From the NCBI GenBank assembly GCA_965153355.1, contig OZ231126.1, positions 40,920,001-40,984,000 on the forward strand: DNA of 64,000 nt. The letters run 5' to 3'. The DNA is from Flaccisagitta enflata. Taxonomy: Eukaryota. This document shows positions 29,691-42,258 of this stretch, piece after piece. Each line of letters begins with the position of its first letter. The stretch's first letter is position 1. The position numbers and the translations under genes are program-made. The notes beneath the pieces are model-generated. The model ran no database searches, was not told the DNA's origin, and saw only the letters and a list, made by a program, of their open reading frames with translations.

Positions 29691-32501
29691 TTTTTTTCTC
29701 TAGCTGCGGACATGCAACTCTAAAAGATGCTTTGTCCATCCGTCGGTCCGTCCGTTGGTCCGTCGGTAAGTCCGTTGGTCCGTCCGTGGTGATTGAGTTG
29801 ATAAGTGGGGAAACAAGCGTTTTAGATACTTTCTGTGTACGTTTGAGTATATGGGAGTGGTGGTTGGAGTGTGGATGGGGGTTGGATGCCCCTGCCCACC
29901 CGTCCGCAACGATATTGTGACCCCGCGACACTTTTTGTTAATCGGTTCACTGCAGTTGGAATTTCATCATACTGAACTAGAAGAAAGAAAGTCAATACGC
30001 GACACGACACGATTTGAGACGATATGTCGGCTGGAGGTGTGCTTTTGGGGCCTAATGCGCCCGTGTGTTAACTTCCATTCGATATATCTTTCTCTTGTAA
30101 CAAAAAAAGTTTGATGTTTTCCATTTTTTTCTTTCCCTTCCTCTAAAGGAAAGATGATGACCCCATTTCTGGTGCTGCTCAGCCAGAGACAATCACGGAT
30201 CAAACATAAAGGAAGCTGTTCAGAAATATGAAATTACGTCATTTTCGTCAAACGTAGCCATTCTTGGTATTGACGTATAGTTGCTACTGTAAAAAGCTTA
30301 TTGGCAATCTTATTTCCTGTTTTTGTGGTCTTTGTCTCAGCGCTGGTGGACGGGCTTTCGTTTGTTGCTTTCCACAATTAAGTGCCATCGATGTCATTTT
30401 CCGATCCGTAAAACTTGGATTTTTCTTTCTTTTCATCTTCTTTCTCCTCTTTTTCTTCATCTTCTTCATCCTTGATCGTTTCCTTTATTTTTTTTTTATT
30501 TTTTTTTTGTTTTCTTTTTGTTTTCTTATTCTGCGTCTGTTTTCTTTTTAGTCGCGTGCACGTGACTCTACAACCCGCTTTGTCCGTCGGTCGGTTGGTC
30601 GGTCGGTCACACTTTATTTTTTTTTTAAAGATTTTATTTCTTTGACCTCACTGCTCCTGCCCAAATGGTCTGGTGACCTCAAATATGGCCCCTGCCCACC
30701 CTCGCGCGACTTTGGTAGCCGTGTATCCGGCCTGGTTCCATCACTAATCTAAAATACGTCAAAACTTTTCCTCTTAATTCCAGCCGTTTCCATCTGGTGC
30801 AATATGTCATAACTCGAAAAAAATCATGGAGAAAAGTACGTGACGTTTTGTGACTGCTTATACAGATCCCTGCTGCTGTAGTGACGGAACTGACAGAAGC
30901 TTAAACAAGGCCAAGTAGGCCAATAAGGTGTGGATCGGCGAACGAATGCTTTACCGAAAGACCAACAGACGGACAGACCAACACACCGACGGATACAGCC
31001 AGTTATAGAGGTGCTTTGGCGCTCTTAAGACGAAAACCAAATTCCCTCAGTATCAACATAGCTTAGCCTTTCTGTGTATTCGGTTGTTTCTCTCTTTATG
31101 GCTTTTCACGGTTTGATGTGTTTGATGTGTTCAATCCAAAGTTGGCAGATTGTTTCTTTATGTATTTTCTCTCCAACAATTGCTTTCTTTTTCTAGTTGT
31201 TATTTTTTTTTCCTTTCTTGGCCTTTTTTTTTCTGTCATGAAATCTTTGGCCCTTTGATCCCAGTTGCGCCCTCTGCACTGATTGTATTTGCATTGCAAA
31301 GAAGACCAAACCCAAAAAGAGAGAAAAAAAAAAAGATTCGCGCAATGAGGAAAATGAAGGAATGTGAGAGAAATGAGAAGAAAGTCAGAATGACAATGAA
31401 TAGGAGAGAGAGAGAGAGTCTGACAGAAAAAAAAACAGTCGGACAGAGAGAGAGGTAGGCCAAGAAACATACAAAGGGAATGTTTCTGTCTATCTCCAAA
31501 TGCTTTCCAACTATGGATTGCCCTTTAGAATCTCCATTGAGAATCTTTTGGTTTTTAAGTTCATCTGTCTGACTCATTTAACACAATATTCCGTCCAGAT
31601 AGAAGATCATTTATTGTTTAAATTAGCTTGTCATGTATCTTGCTCTCTAGGTATGTTGGTCCACAGGTCCGTCAATCCGTTGCACCGTCGGTCTGTCAGT
31701 CTGTCCATCGGTTGGTTTGTCCAAAATATATATCCGATGCCGCTCCCAAAAAAAATGAAAAAAACAACCACATCATCGCAGGAAATTGGTTATTATGAGC
31801 TATTTCCTTTATTTGTTGTTTCAAGCAAATATTGTTGAATTAGAAATATTTGCTCATCATGAACTTTTCCAAATCGGCATTCTATTTTGACCACTACAAT
31901 AAAGGAGTTCCATTGGGAATATGAGCAAAAAATAAAAACAAAACTTTTTCCTACAAGCTGATTAATAATGGTTTTACCTAAGCTTTTTAAAGGCTCTCCC
32001 CAATACAACTTCTTTCCCACGGTGATGGCTGCCTTTATTGGTAAGCACGCCATAGGAGAGGCATCTTTAGTCTGCATTAAATACTCGGTCTTGATTTCAG
32101 AGAACACAATCTAAAATTTCTACAGCCATTCAACTTATCTGGCCAATTGTAGAGTAAATAAAACGATTTGTTGACTACGACGACTAAAATGAAATTTTGA
32201 AGTAGAAATTTTCACTACAGTATGAGGTGGAGAAATATACCTCCTTGAAGTCGTTGAAGCCCAAACCACTCGCAGTCTTTTTTTTCTAACTTAGCTTCCA
32301 GCTTCCCCGTAGCGTGTAAAGGGATGAAAATGACCATGTAACGTTGTAATTCTTAAAGCTTCTGAGGCACTGAATAGTAGGAGAGATGCAGTAAGTGTTG
32401 ACGCATACATATACATATGTTGTAGCAGGATCCTGTGCGACCGATATTTTAGGTAACAGAGCATTCAATATCGTTGCTGCATTTGGATCGTTGGAACTTT
32501 G

Positions 32502-32692
<191 letters not shown>

Positions 32693-33812
32693 CTCTCTCT
32701 CTCTTTCTCTCCTTATATCTCTCTCCTTCTCCCTCTCTTTCTCTCCTTCTCTCTCTCTTTCTTTCCTGATCTGTCTCTCCTTCTCTCCTACTCTCTGTCT
32801 CTCATTCTCTGTCTCTCCTAGAAAAACATGCCAAACAGGGCAACAGTCGCGTGCTCCGTTACACAATTAAACACACAACTACATACATACATACATACAC
32901 ATTCCTTCCTTCCTTCCTTCCTCCCTTTTTTCCTCCCTTCTTTCGCCCCTTTTTGCCTTCCTTCTTTCGTCCATTTTCTCCTTCCTTACGTCCTCCCTTA
33001 CTGCCATTTCTTCCTTTCTTCCTTCCTTCCTTCCTACTTCCCTCCTATCCTTCCTCCCTTCCTACCTTCCTCCCTCGCTCCCTCCCTTCCGTCCTTCCTT
33101 CCTTCCTTCCTTCCTTCCTTCCTTCCCTCCGACCAACCGACCGACGGACTGACCAACCAACCACAAAGAATGACAAATTCAACTTTTGAAACAACTTTAT
33201 TAAAACAATATCAAAATGTGACGGATGTACGGACTGAAACAACTGTTTTTTTCTTTTTTTGGAAAAAGAGAAAACAAGCAAACAATATTTTATCACAGTC
33301 GACATTGCAAATGAGAATGATCTAATCAGTAGGTTTTTAGTCGCGTGCTACGCGACTCTACACGCCGCTTTGTCGGTCGGTCGGTCGGTCGGTCGGTCGG
33401 TCTGTTAGTCACACTTTACTTTTTTATGATTTTTATGTTTGGACCTCACCGCTCCTGCCAAAATGGTCTAGTGGCCTCAAATATGGCCCCTGCCCACCCG
33501 CACGCGACTTCGGTAGCCGTGTATCCGGCCTTGTTTTTTCAACAACTGTTTTTATATTTCAAACCTTTGATTCAGAATTTATTGAAAGACTTAAGAGGTC
33601 GTAAATTTATTGAACACTTTGCTTGAAATCAAACAAAAGACACACGCCTGTTAAGTTCTTTTTCTTGGGCATGATGCAGTATGTTTTTTCTCGTTTGTAA
33701 TATTCTATGACGACAAAACTCAGAAAGTATCAGAGATGATTTTGAAAAAAAGTTCCTGAAAGATATGGGAAATGCATTTTATGATGTATGACTTTTTGCC
33801 AAAAATTGATTA

Positions 33813-34857
33813 CACTCTTTTTGGGCAGCGGCCCCAGAGGGGCCGATGACCTATGATTCCACATAGGGCAATTTTCTCCGGTTTCCGCTTTCCGTCCGTC
33901 CATCCCCCCCCCCTAAGCCTCAAATAAAGCCTCTCGGACCCCAAATCAGGCCTTTTGGACTCATAATCAGACCTTTCTGACCCCAAATCAGGCTTCTCAG
34001 ACCTCAAATCAGGCCTCCCAGACCCTATATCAGGCCTCTCAGACCCCAAATCAGGCCTCCCAGACCCCAGATCAGGCTTTTCAGACCCAAAATTAGGCCT
34101 CTCAGATCCAAATCGAGCCTCAGACCCCATGTCAGGCTTTTCAGACCCCAAATTAGACCCCTCAGACCCAAATAAGGCCTTTCAGACCCAAAATCAAGCC
34201 TCTCAGACCCCAAACCACGCCACTCACACCCTAAATCAAACCTTTCAGAGCCAAAATCAGGCCTCTCAGCCCTCCAAACCAGCTTCTCAAACTGGAGAAA
34301 ATTGCCCTATGTGGAATCATAGGTCATCGGCCCCTCCGGGACCGCTGCCCCTCTGGGACCGCTGCCCCTCTCACAATATCAATCCCACATACACTAACTT
34401 AGGGGCATCGGGTACCGCTGAGCGCTGACCATGTCACGCTTTTGCGACTATTTTTTTATAAGAACGTCATTTTTTTTCAAAGGCTTCATGTTTTTTTTTT
34501 CAAGACCAAATGAAGCCTTCAATGTTCTTAGTGTGTTCTTACTTCTAAATACGATATAAACTTAGGAAACCTTATAATATACTATTACTCAATTACTGTA
34601 AATATATTTCTTTTAAATACTGTTCAAACAAATGCTATTCAGTAAAGTCTAAGGTGATTTTCATGATTTTTATTTAAAAATCATAAAATTTCATATTCAT
34701 TATACTAAAATTCAAAGGTTTTTTAATATTTTACCTTAAGCGAAATTTTTCTCTCAAGATATGAAGCCTTTGTATGTTCTTAAGATGTTCTTAATTTTGG
34801 GGCCATTTAAAGCCTTGATGTTCTTATAAACTAGGTTCTTATGAAAAAAAAAGAGTG
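33813..34857. mobile_element. TA-flanked MITE (CACTCTTTT...AAAAGAGTG) with a family-B element (33823-34451) inserted in its left TIR T-run
   Basis: TIR resumes as TTTTATAAGAAC after the insert. Related copy at 53888-54581. Confidence 0.7.
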
Positions 34858-35733
34858 TATTGAACCCATAAGGAACTAGTTGTCATTGCATACACTTTTT
34901 ATTTTTTATAAGAACCTAGTTTATAAGAACATCCAGCCTTGAAATAGCTCAAAAATTAAGAACGTTGTAGTTATTTTGCTAGTAGCTATCTCTATCTCTT
35001 TTAAAGGCTTCAGAAAAAATATGACGTTCTTATAAAAAATCAAAATTGTATTCAAATTGTTTCTTTGTGAAAATTTGTAAATTGGACTGTTTCCGTTAAG
35101 ATGGCTCTCATTTGTTAACTGTTCGAGCTACTGACACCAGATTGGTCTCAAATGGAAGGTAATTTGAAGTAGTTTTTGGGACAACCTTAGTTGAAATGCT
35201 CATTTGCCATGAAATTTGGACAACATTACTACTCAACAATATCTAAAATAAGGACAAGAGCCTTTGGAGCTCTTACTGGTGTTTAATCCGGACCCAACAC
35301 AACTATCCTTTAAATTTCTGAAAATATCTGTGATGGTTTAGTGATGTTTGAATCATTCCTGATCAAAATTTCAATTCAGACGTCACTTGCTACCATGCCT
35401 AATGTACAAGACCATTAAAGAAAAGTTTCTCTCTTTGCACTTCATGAAATTACCGCCAATTAACTTTAGTTTAAAACCAATCTGGTATCTGTAACTCAAT
35501 CTGTTAAGAAATGAGAGCAACTTAAAGAGGATCTGTTAAGCAAGAAACTATAAAAAGTGGCGATTTCAGTTGATTTTGATCAACATTTCTTCATTGGTCA
35601 AAACGTTCAGACTTTTGTAAAAAATTTTGTTAATTATACATCATAAAATGCATTTCCAATATCTTTCAGGAACTTTTTTCAGAATTAGATTATCTCAAAA
35701 ACTTTTTGAGTCATGTCATTATAGAATATTACA

Positions 35734-37350
35734 TAGGACCCAAAGTAGTTAACTTTAACTAGTTAGTTAACTAGTTAAATTTATGAAAACTCCTGTAGTT
35801 AACGAACTAGAATTAACTTGTTAACTACTTTATTAATTTTTGAGTGCATAATGACAAAAATCCGATATTTTTCCCCAAATTTAAGGGATTCTTTGAAAAA
35901 TTCATGAAAATTTGCGAGGGAAAGAAGTTTTTTGTAGCTTGAGCCAACATCTACTGGGGCAAATATATACCTTTGTAAAAATTTAATGGGAATGCCAGTC
36001 TTTATGAAGATTTTTCATTTGATATAAAAAAAGGCTGAAATTCTTAACTAGTTTTAGAGGTTAACTACCAAAACAAGGCCATCGCGTTACAAGTCGCGTG
36101 CGGTCTTGAAGACTAAAAGACTACAGGGTGTTTCACGCGTTTTGAGGTTTAAAGAATCGACATAACTTTTCTCCTAAAAAAGCTATACCAATTCTGAAAA
36201 AAGGTCTGAATAGATCTTGAAGTGCAGTTTTTTATGTCACCATTTTTTTGTATTTGCGCTTTTTACCTTGGGAGCTATGGGAGTTTAAAGTAAACAACAT
36301 TATCCAGCTAACTAAACATGGTAAAGAAAAATATAGACAACTTCTTTTACTAGTTTCTGGTCAACTATTGGCCTGAACTACAGAAAATCCATGACTGTTT
36401 AAAAGCTCTGCAAAAAATTTTTCAAAATGCGACGTTGAGGGACATAGTAGCTTCATTCATTTGAAAATGACAAAAGATTGAAGAAAAAAATCACAGATAG
36501 AAAAAAATGCTCATTTCAATTTTTTTCCATCGGGAAATTTTGCTCTTTCCGTTTTTGTCAATTACGTAACTCAGGATTGTCTTAGCTACTCGATATCCGT
36601 GAGCAAATTAAAGAGCTACGAATTTTCTATAAAATGGAGCCAAGAACCAATTTCTGACTCAATTTGTTTAATTCCTATGTTACAATAAAGATAGCCCATG
36701 AAAATCGGGTGCTACTGACTTTCCAAATTCTTGACCACCTGTCTTCATTCTTCTGCCATTTCTAAACGGATAGAGATATGACAACCAGCAAGATCTCATT
36801 AGAAAGATCTTTCGCAGAGCTTCAAAATGGTCATAAATTTTGCTATGTTTTTCTTATTGCTTGGATGTGAAACACTAACAAACAAGTAGTTTGCTTTTTT
36901 TTTCTTGCCATAGTTATCCAGATTAAAGATGCAGGCTGGATATGGTTGTTTTTTTCAAACTTACATAGTGGGCATATTAAAAAGCCCAGGTATAAAAAAT
37001 TGGTGACATAAAAAAACTGCATTTCAAGATCTATTCAGACCTTTTTTCAGATTTGGATTAGCTTTTCTAGGAGAAAAGCTGTATCGATTCTTTAAACCTC
37101 AAAATGCATGAAACACCCTGTAAAAGACCTAAAGACCAAAAGATAAAACAATTAAAAGCAGGAGCAGTAATGCAAAAAACGCCTGAAAACGCCGAAAAAA
37201 GCTAACGGAGACCGACCTACCGACCGACAGACAGACCGACCAACCAACCAACCGACATAGCGGTTCATAGAGTCGCGTAGCACGCGACTAAAAAGTAGTT
37301 GGTTAACTATCAACTAGTAAATTTTAAAACCTTATCTACTTCGGGTGCTA
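35734..37350. mobile_element. hAT-type element with GTTAACT-rich subterminal repeats
   Basis: 8-bp TSD ATATTACA (35726-35733, 37351-37358) and TIR TAGGACCCAAAGTAG/CTACTTCGGGTGCTA. Confidence 0.8.
36124..37120. mobile_element. Tc1/mariner-type MITE with ~125-bp TIRs
   Basis: TA|CAGGGTGTTTCA ... TGAAACACCCTG|TA, splitting a family-A element (~36072-37294). Confidence 0.85.
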
Positions 37351-38252
37351 ATATTACAAACGAGAAAAAACATACTGTAATGCCAAATATTGCGTTAACC
37401 CTAAAAAAGGACTAAACTCAGACCTATACAACCATACAAGCTCGTATTATATATGTTCTTTTAATTCGTTAGCAATAAAGCGACAGATTCATACAATACA
37501 ACAGGTGTATCAGTTATGGCGATTATCGCCGTATGGAAAAAAGTAGAAAGTGTTGGCTGATCTTAAACAGATCTTTGTATTCAGTCACTGCAACTTTTTT
37601 TGTTATTTATGTGTTTTTTAATTTCTATTTGATCATCAATGTCTTTTTGTCTCTCTGCCTCTCAACTATCCAACGCTAATGGCGATAGTTGTCACAGGGA
37701 AAACTTTGTAAGGTTGAATAAGCTAAATGAGCTAAATACTCAAAGCACCTTCACAGATGAGCAGCTATGCTCACATACATCCTTTCTGTACAATATTTCT
37801 TTATTGATCACATTTTAAATCTAAAATGAGCTAAAATATTCAAAAGCACCCTCACAGATGAGAGGCTAAGCTCAAACAGATGCTTTCTTGTACTTGCATG
37901 CTCAGACATGCATCAATATACGGCTCTATTGATCTTACTTAGAATAGGAAAAAAATAAAAACAAATTCAATCAGAATATTTTATAAGTAAAAACTGAGAA
38001 AATCACAACTCAAAAAATGTTTATCGTAGAGAATATTGCTTGGCGCCAAATGAAAGAAAATCATCATATTTACTCACCTATCAATTTTGTTTCTAAAAGA
38101 AGGCAGTCAGTCGATTGAATTCCGCAATTTCAGCATAAGAAAATAAAAACCAAGTTTCTCTGGAATACGCCAAAAAGTCCAAGACTGACTTCAACTTTTT
38201 TTCCGGTCACCTTGCTTAAAAGCCTAACTTAGGTACAGTGAAAAGTAGGCAT

Positions 38253-39929
38253 TTAAAGGTAACGAAAGACTTTGATGGCATGCGATTTTTGATCGGCGAC
38301 AAAAACGAGACCTGAAGAAAAATAGAGAGAATACACTCTTTTTTTTAGTAAGGACTATTTTTAGAAGGACATGAGGCTGAAATTTTGCCAAAAATTAAGG
38401 ACATTTTAAGGACAAGGCTCAGATTTTTATGTATGTTTTTTTTTAGATTGAATGAATAGACTGAGAAGTATTCTATAAAAAATTCAATGAGCAAAAGTTT
38501 GCGCCGCTTGTTGCAAGAGGGGGGAGACACCCCGTAATCTGAGGTGAGATTAAACCCTGGGGGTTGCTTAGGTTGCTTGGGGTTGCTCAGGGTTAAACCA
38601 TGAGTAAACCCCGAGTTGCTGTGGGCAGCACTGTTAGAAACAATGACTAATTGACTACGCTATGACAAATAATAACATCAACCCCAAGCAACCCCAAGCA
38701 ACCCGGAACAATTTCAAGCAACCTGGGGGTTTAATCTCACTGTTTTACGTTACAGACTACCTGGTGGGAGGGGGCCCGGATTTTTGGATTGTTTAGGTGC
38801 CTGGAAAACCTCTGTCGGTATCTGATCACAACTGCAGTTTGTCAAATGCGCGTTTTTACACTTTTTAACTCGATCACCATGAAAGGACGGATAGACGGAC
38901 AGAAGGACTAAGCTTCATAAAGAGTTGCGTGTCCGAAACTAAAAAGAAGGCAGGCCTGTATATTATTGAGTTTCAAAGGGTCTGGAGATGGGGAAGAAAA
39001 TCAAAGAGGGAAAAAAAGAAAATTTGAGGAAATTATAACTTTTGACAGTACTGAATGATAAAAACTAACTAGTATAACACAATTTAACACTATTTTAACC
39101 TTATCTTCACTGTTTTATATCTTTTTAGGGAAGAAAAACATAGATTTAAAAATGCTACGCGACGCGTTGCGGGGAAGAAAATCAAAGGCAGGGGGGGGGG
39201 GAAATCAACAGCGACTCAATTATATACTCCCCTGAAAGAAGGAGAGAAGATCAAAAAAACCTGACTGCAAAATATTCATCGGCAAAAGCAGTAAGGCAAA
39301 AGTGGCATTGACTGTAATGAAAAACAAGGCCCAATACACAGTAAGCCTAGTAGCCAGTGACGCGTGCATGGGCAGAGGCAGAGAGGAACAAGGCCGGATA
39401 CACGAGTACCCAGTCGCGTGCGCGTGGGCAGAGGCAGTGATGAAAAAGGCATATCAAACAGTTGGGTAAGTGGTGCTGAAACATATCGCCGTGCGTCAAA
39501 GATGAGTGTTAGCAACTCACTGACCATCTGACATAGCAACTCATATAGTCGCGTAAGGCGCGACTACTAAACACCCACTTCAAAAAGACGACGATCGTCT
39601 GACCATAGATTAGAGTAATAATGCCATCGCTAAAACCGTAATTTAGCATCAAGCATTCGTTTTTACCATCGTTCTGTGCCAGCGCCAATCCGCAGGGGTG
39701 GTCTAAACCGGCGACTTGATCAGCTACAATTCGGACAAAACATCCGTCATAGCCAAACATTTGAACTCGATTTAAAAGAGAGTCGGACACTAAAATTCGA
39801 CCAGCGTCGTCAACTGCGACCCCTGCATGGTGGGAGAATAACTATATCAATTGTTGCACTGATCATTATCAAATTATCATTATCAATTCATCATCATCAT
39901 CTTAATCTACATCCTCCTCATCATCCTTG

Positions 39930-39993
<64 letters not shown>

Positions 39994-41915
39994 TCATTCA
40001 TCATCAAAATCATTATCATAAACAATTCATCATCATCATTGTCATTATCATTATCAACAATGTCGTTCGCGTTGTGCAATAATTTCAGCGTCATATCAGC
40101 TAAAACAACGAAATGTGCCCTAGTAGGGCAGCCCTACATAAAGTCTACAGCGACTACGACAGAAGAAAAGAGAATAAACAAAGGAAAAAACAAGGCCAAG
40201 TTATGGCCAATAAGTGCGCCTCGCTTGATTAAGAATTTGTGAATCAACGTTTTGAATGAATGAATGAATGAATGAATGAATAAATGAATGAATGAATGAA
40301 TGAATGAATGAGTGAATGAATAAATGAATAAATGAATGTGGTAAGTAAGGCTTGAGCGGTGATAGGAATGAAGAAATACGTCAGAATCAGCCGTTTTGCA
40401 CATTTCTAACGTTTGCGTTACTAACCGACCGACCAACAGACGGACATGACCTCTTATAGAAGTGCGAGGACGCACTTAAAAATGATGTTAAAAGGAAAGG
40501 TCGAAAACCGAAGCTAGGTAAAAGCCAATTACGTAATACCGGCGGGCCAAAGGAAATATCCAGGCTTTTTTCCTTTTTTCCCAAAACTGGTTTTGAATTC
40601 TCCCAATTTGTTAAAGATGACGATTCGTTGATTAGTCGAGTCAACTACCAGAATATCGTCATCCAGTCCAACACAAATCGATGTGGGACAATAGAATTTC
40701 CCGCCTTCGTTACCGGGACCTCCGTATCTGAGAGTGATATGAGGAAAATAGGCGAGAGCCTCATTTATTTGTTCATTCATTTATTCATTTATTCATTCAT
40801 TCATTCATTCATTCATTCATTCATTCATTCATTCATTTATTCATTCATTCATTCATTCATTCATTCATTCATTCATTTATTCATTGAATTATTCATTCAA
40901 CCAATTCATTTTTTCAATCAGTTTTTAATTCGTTCTTTTATTCATCCATTCCAAACTCTTCTGTCATTCATTAATTTGCGCAGCTTGTACCTGCTTAGTG
41001 CTCTGCCATCTTTATCGAATATGTATAGGAACAGAGAATCAAAGTCGGGTATGATAATGTGATCACGAGAATTGATCGCCAGAGAAAGACCGAAATGAAG
41101 CTCCTATCATGAATAGATTTATGAAAAAATGAACGAAAGAACAAATTAAGAAAAGGGAAAAGGAAAAGTAACAAATGAATTAGTAATGAATGAGTGATGA
41201 ATTATTATATAAATATATATAAATATATGAATGAATGAATGAATGAATGAATGAATGAATGAATGAATGAATGAATAGATAAGTAAATAAATAAATATTA
41301 ATTGATAAATAATAAAGATAAGTAAATAAATAAATATTAATTGATAAATAATAAATAAGAAAATGAATATATAAATGAATAAATAAATAAATAAATAAAT
41401 AAATAAATGAATAAATAAATAAATAGATAAATAGATAAATAAATAGATAAATGAATAGATCAATAAATAGATAAATAAGTGATTGAATGAATGAATGAAT
41501 CAATGAATCAATAAGTGTGGTGTCGGAATCGCAAAATGTAAAATCAAACTCAGGAATATTGATCTGCATGCGATTTTATGTAAACAAAGACTTTTTAGAA
41601 GTGACCTGAGTCAAAACCTAAATGAATGAATATAAATGAAGGGGTGAAAAATGATAATTAACATATTTTGCACACCTTGTGTGTGAAAGACTTCCTCTGT
41701 TTTCCAGTTTGAGAGATTATTAGAGTTGTGGATGCACTTTTTAGTCCGGAAAGAGGCCATATTTTGGATCCTGAAGAATAGATAAATTGAAAAAAATAAA
41801 AAATGAATTGGTGAAAGTGAGATTTTTAGATAAATAGATGAGTGGAAGAGTCTTTTAAGGGAGAAAGGACAAGTTAAGACATTTTCTTTTATGGTCCTTT
41901 TTTTATCAACAGATT

Positions 41916-41972
<57 letters not shown>

Positions 41973-42169
41973 GATGGCGATGTCTGTTATGGTTATCCAA
42001 TCGCAATCACTCGGGTTTTTCCTCGGGGCATTGCCTACTTTCATCTGTTAGGAAGTAAATGGCAAACTTGGTTCACTCTCGATATTTCGGTCTTATGGTT
42101 CGTCTGCCTTTTTGTCAGTCTGTCGGTCCATCAGTCTTTTGGTCCATGTTGTTGTTGTTGTTGTTGTTT

Positions 42170-42258
<89 letters not shown>

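Larger units (their letters stand above)
33677..37377. mobile_element. Tc1/mariner-like non-autonomous element hosting several nested insertions
   Basis: 33677-33790 is the reverse complement of 35635-35733 joined to 37359-37377 (CAGTATGTTTTTTCTCGTTTG terminus, TA on the right side). Confidence 0.7.

Noticed and set aside
29956-30410. Exon-like segments (LEFHHTELEERK.., KDDDPISGAAQ..)
   Set aside because: I could not join them in compatible phases or recognise a product.
33810-34151. ORF of repeating GSERPDL
   Set aside because: Translation of the family-B core array.
39676-40242. Poly-His ORF on the plus strand
   Set aside because: Pure (CAT)n microsatellite in an NHL-gene intron, unlike the codon-varied (GH)10 exon.
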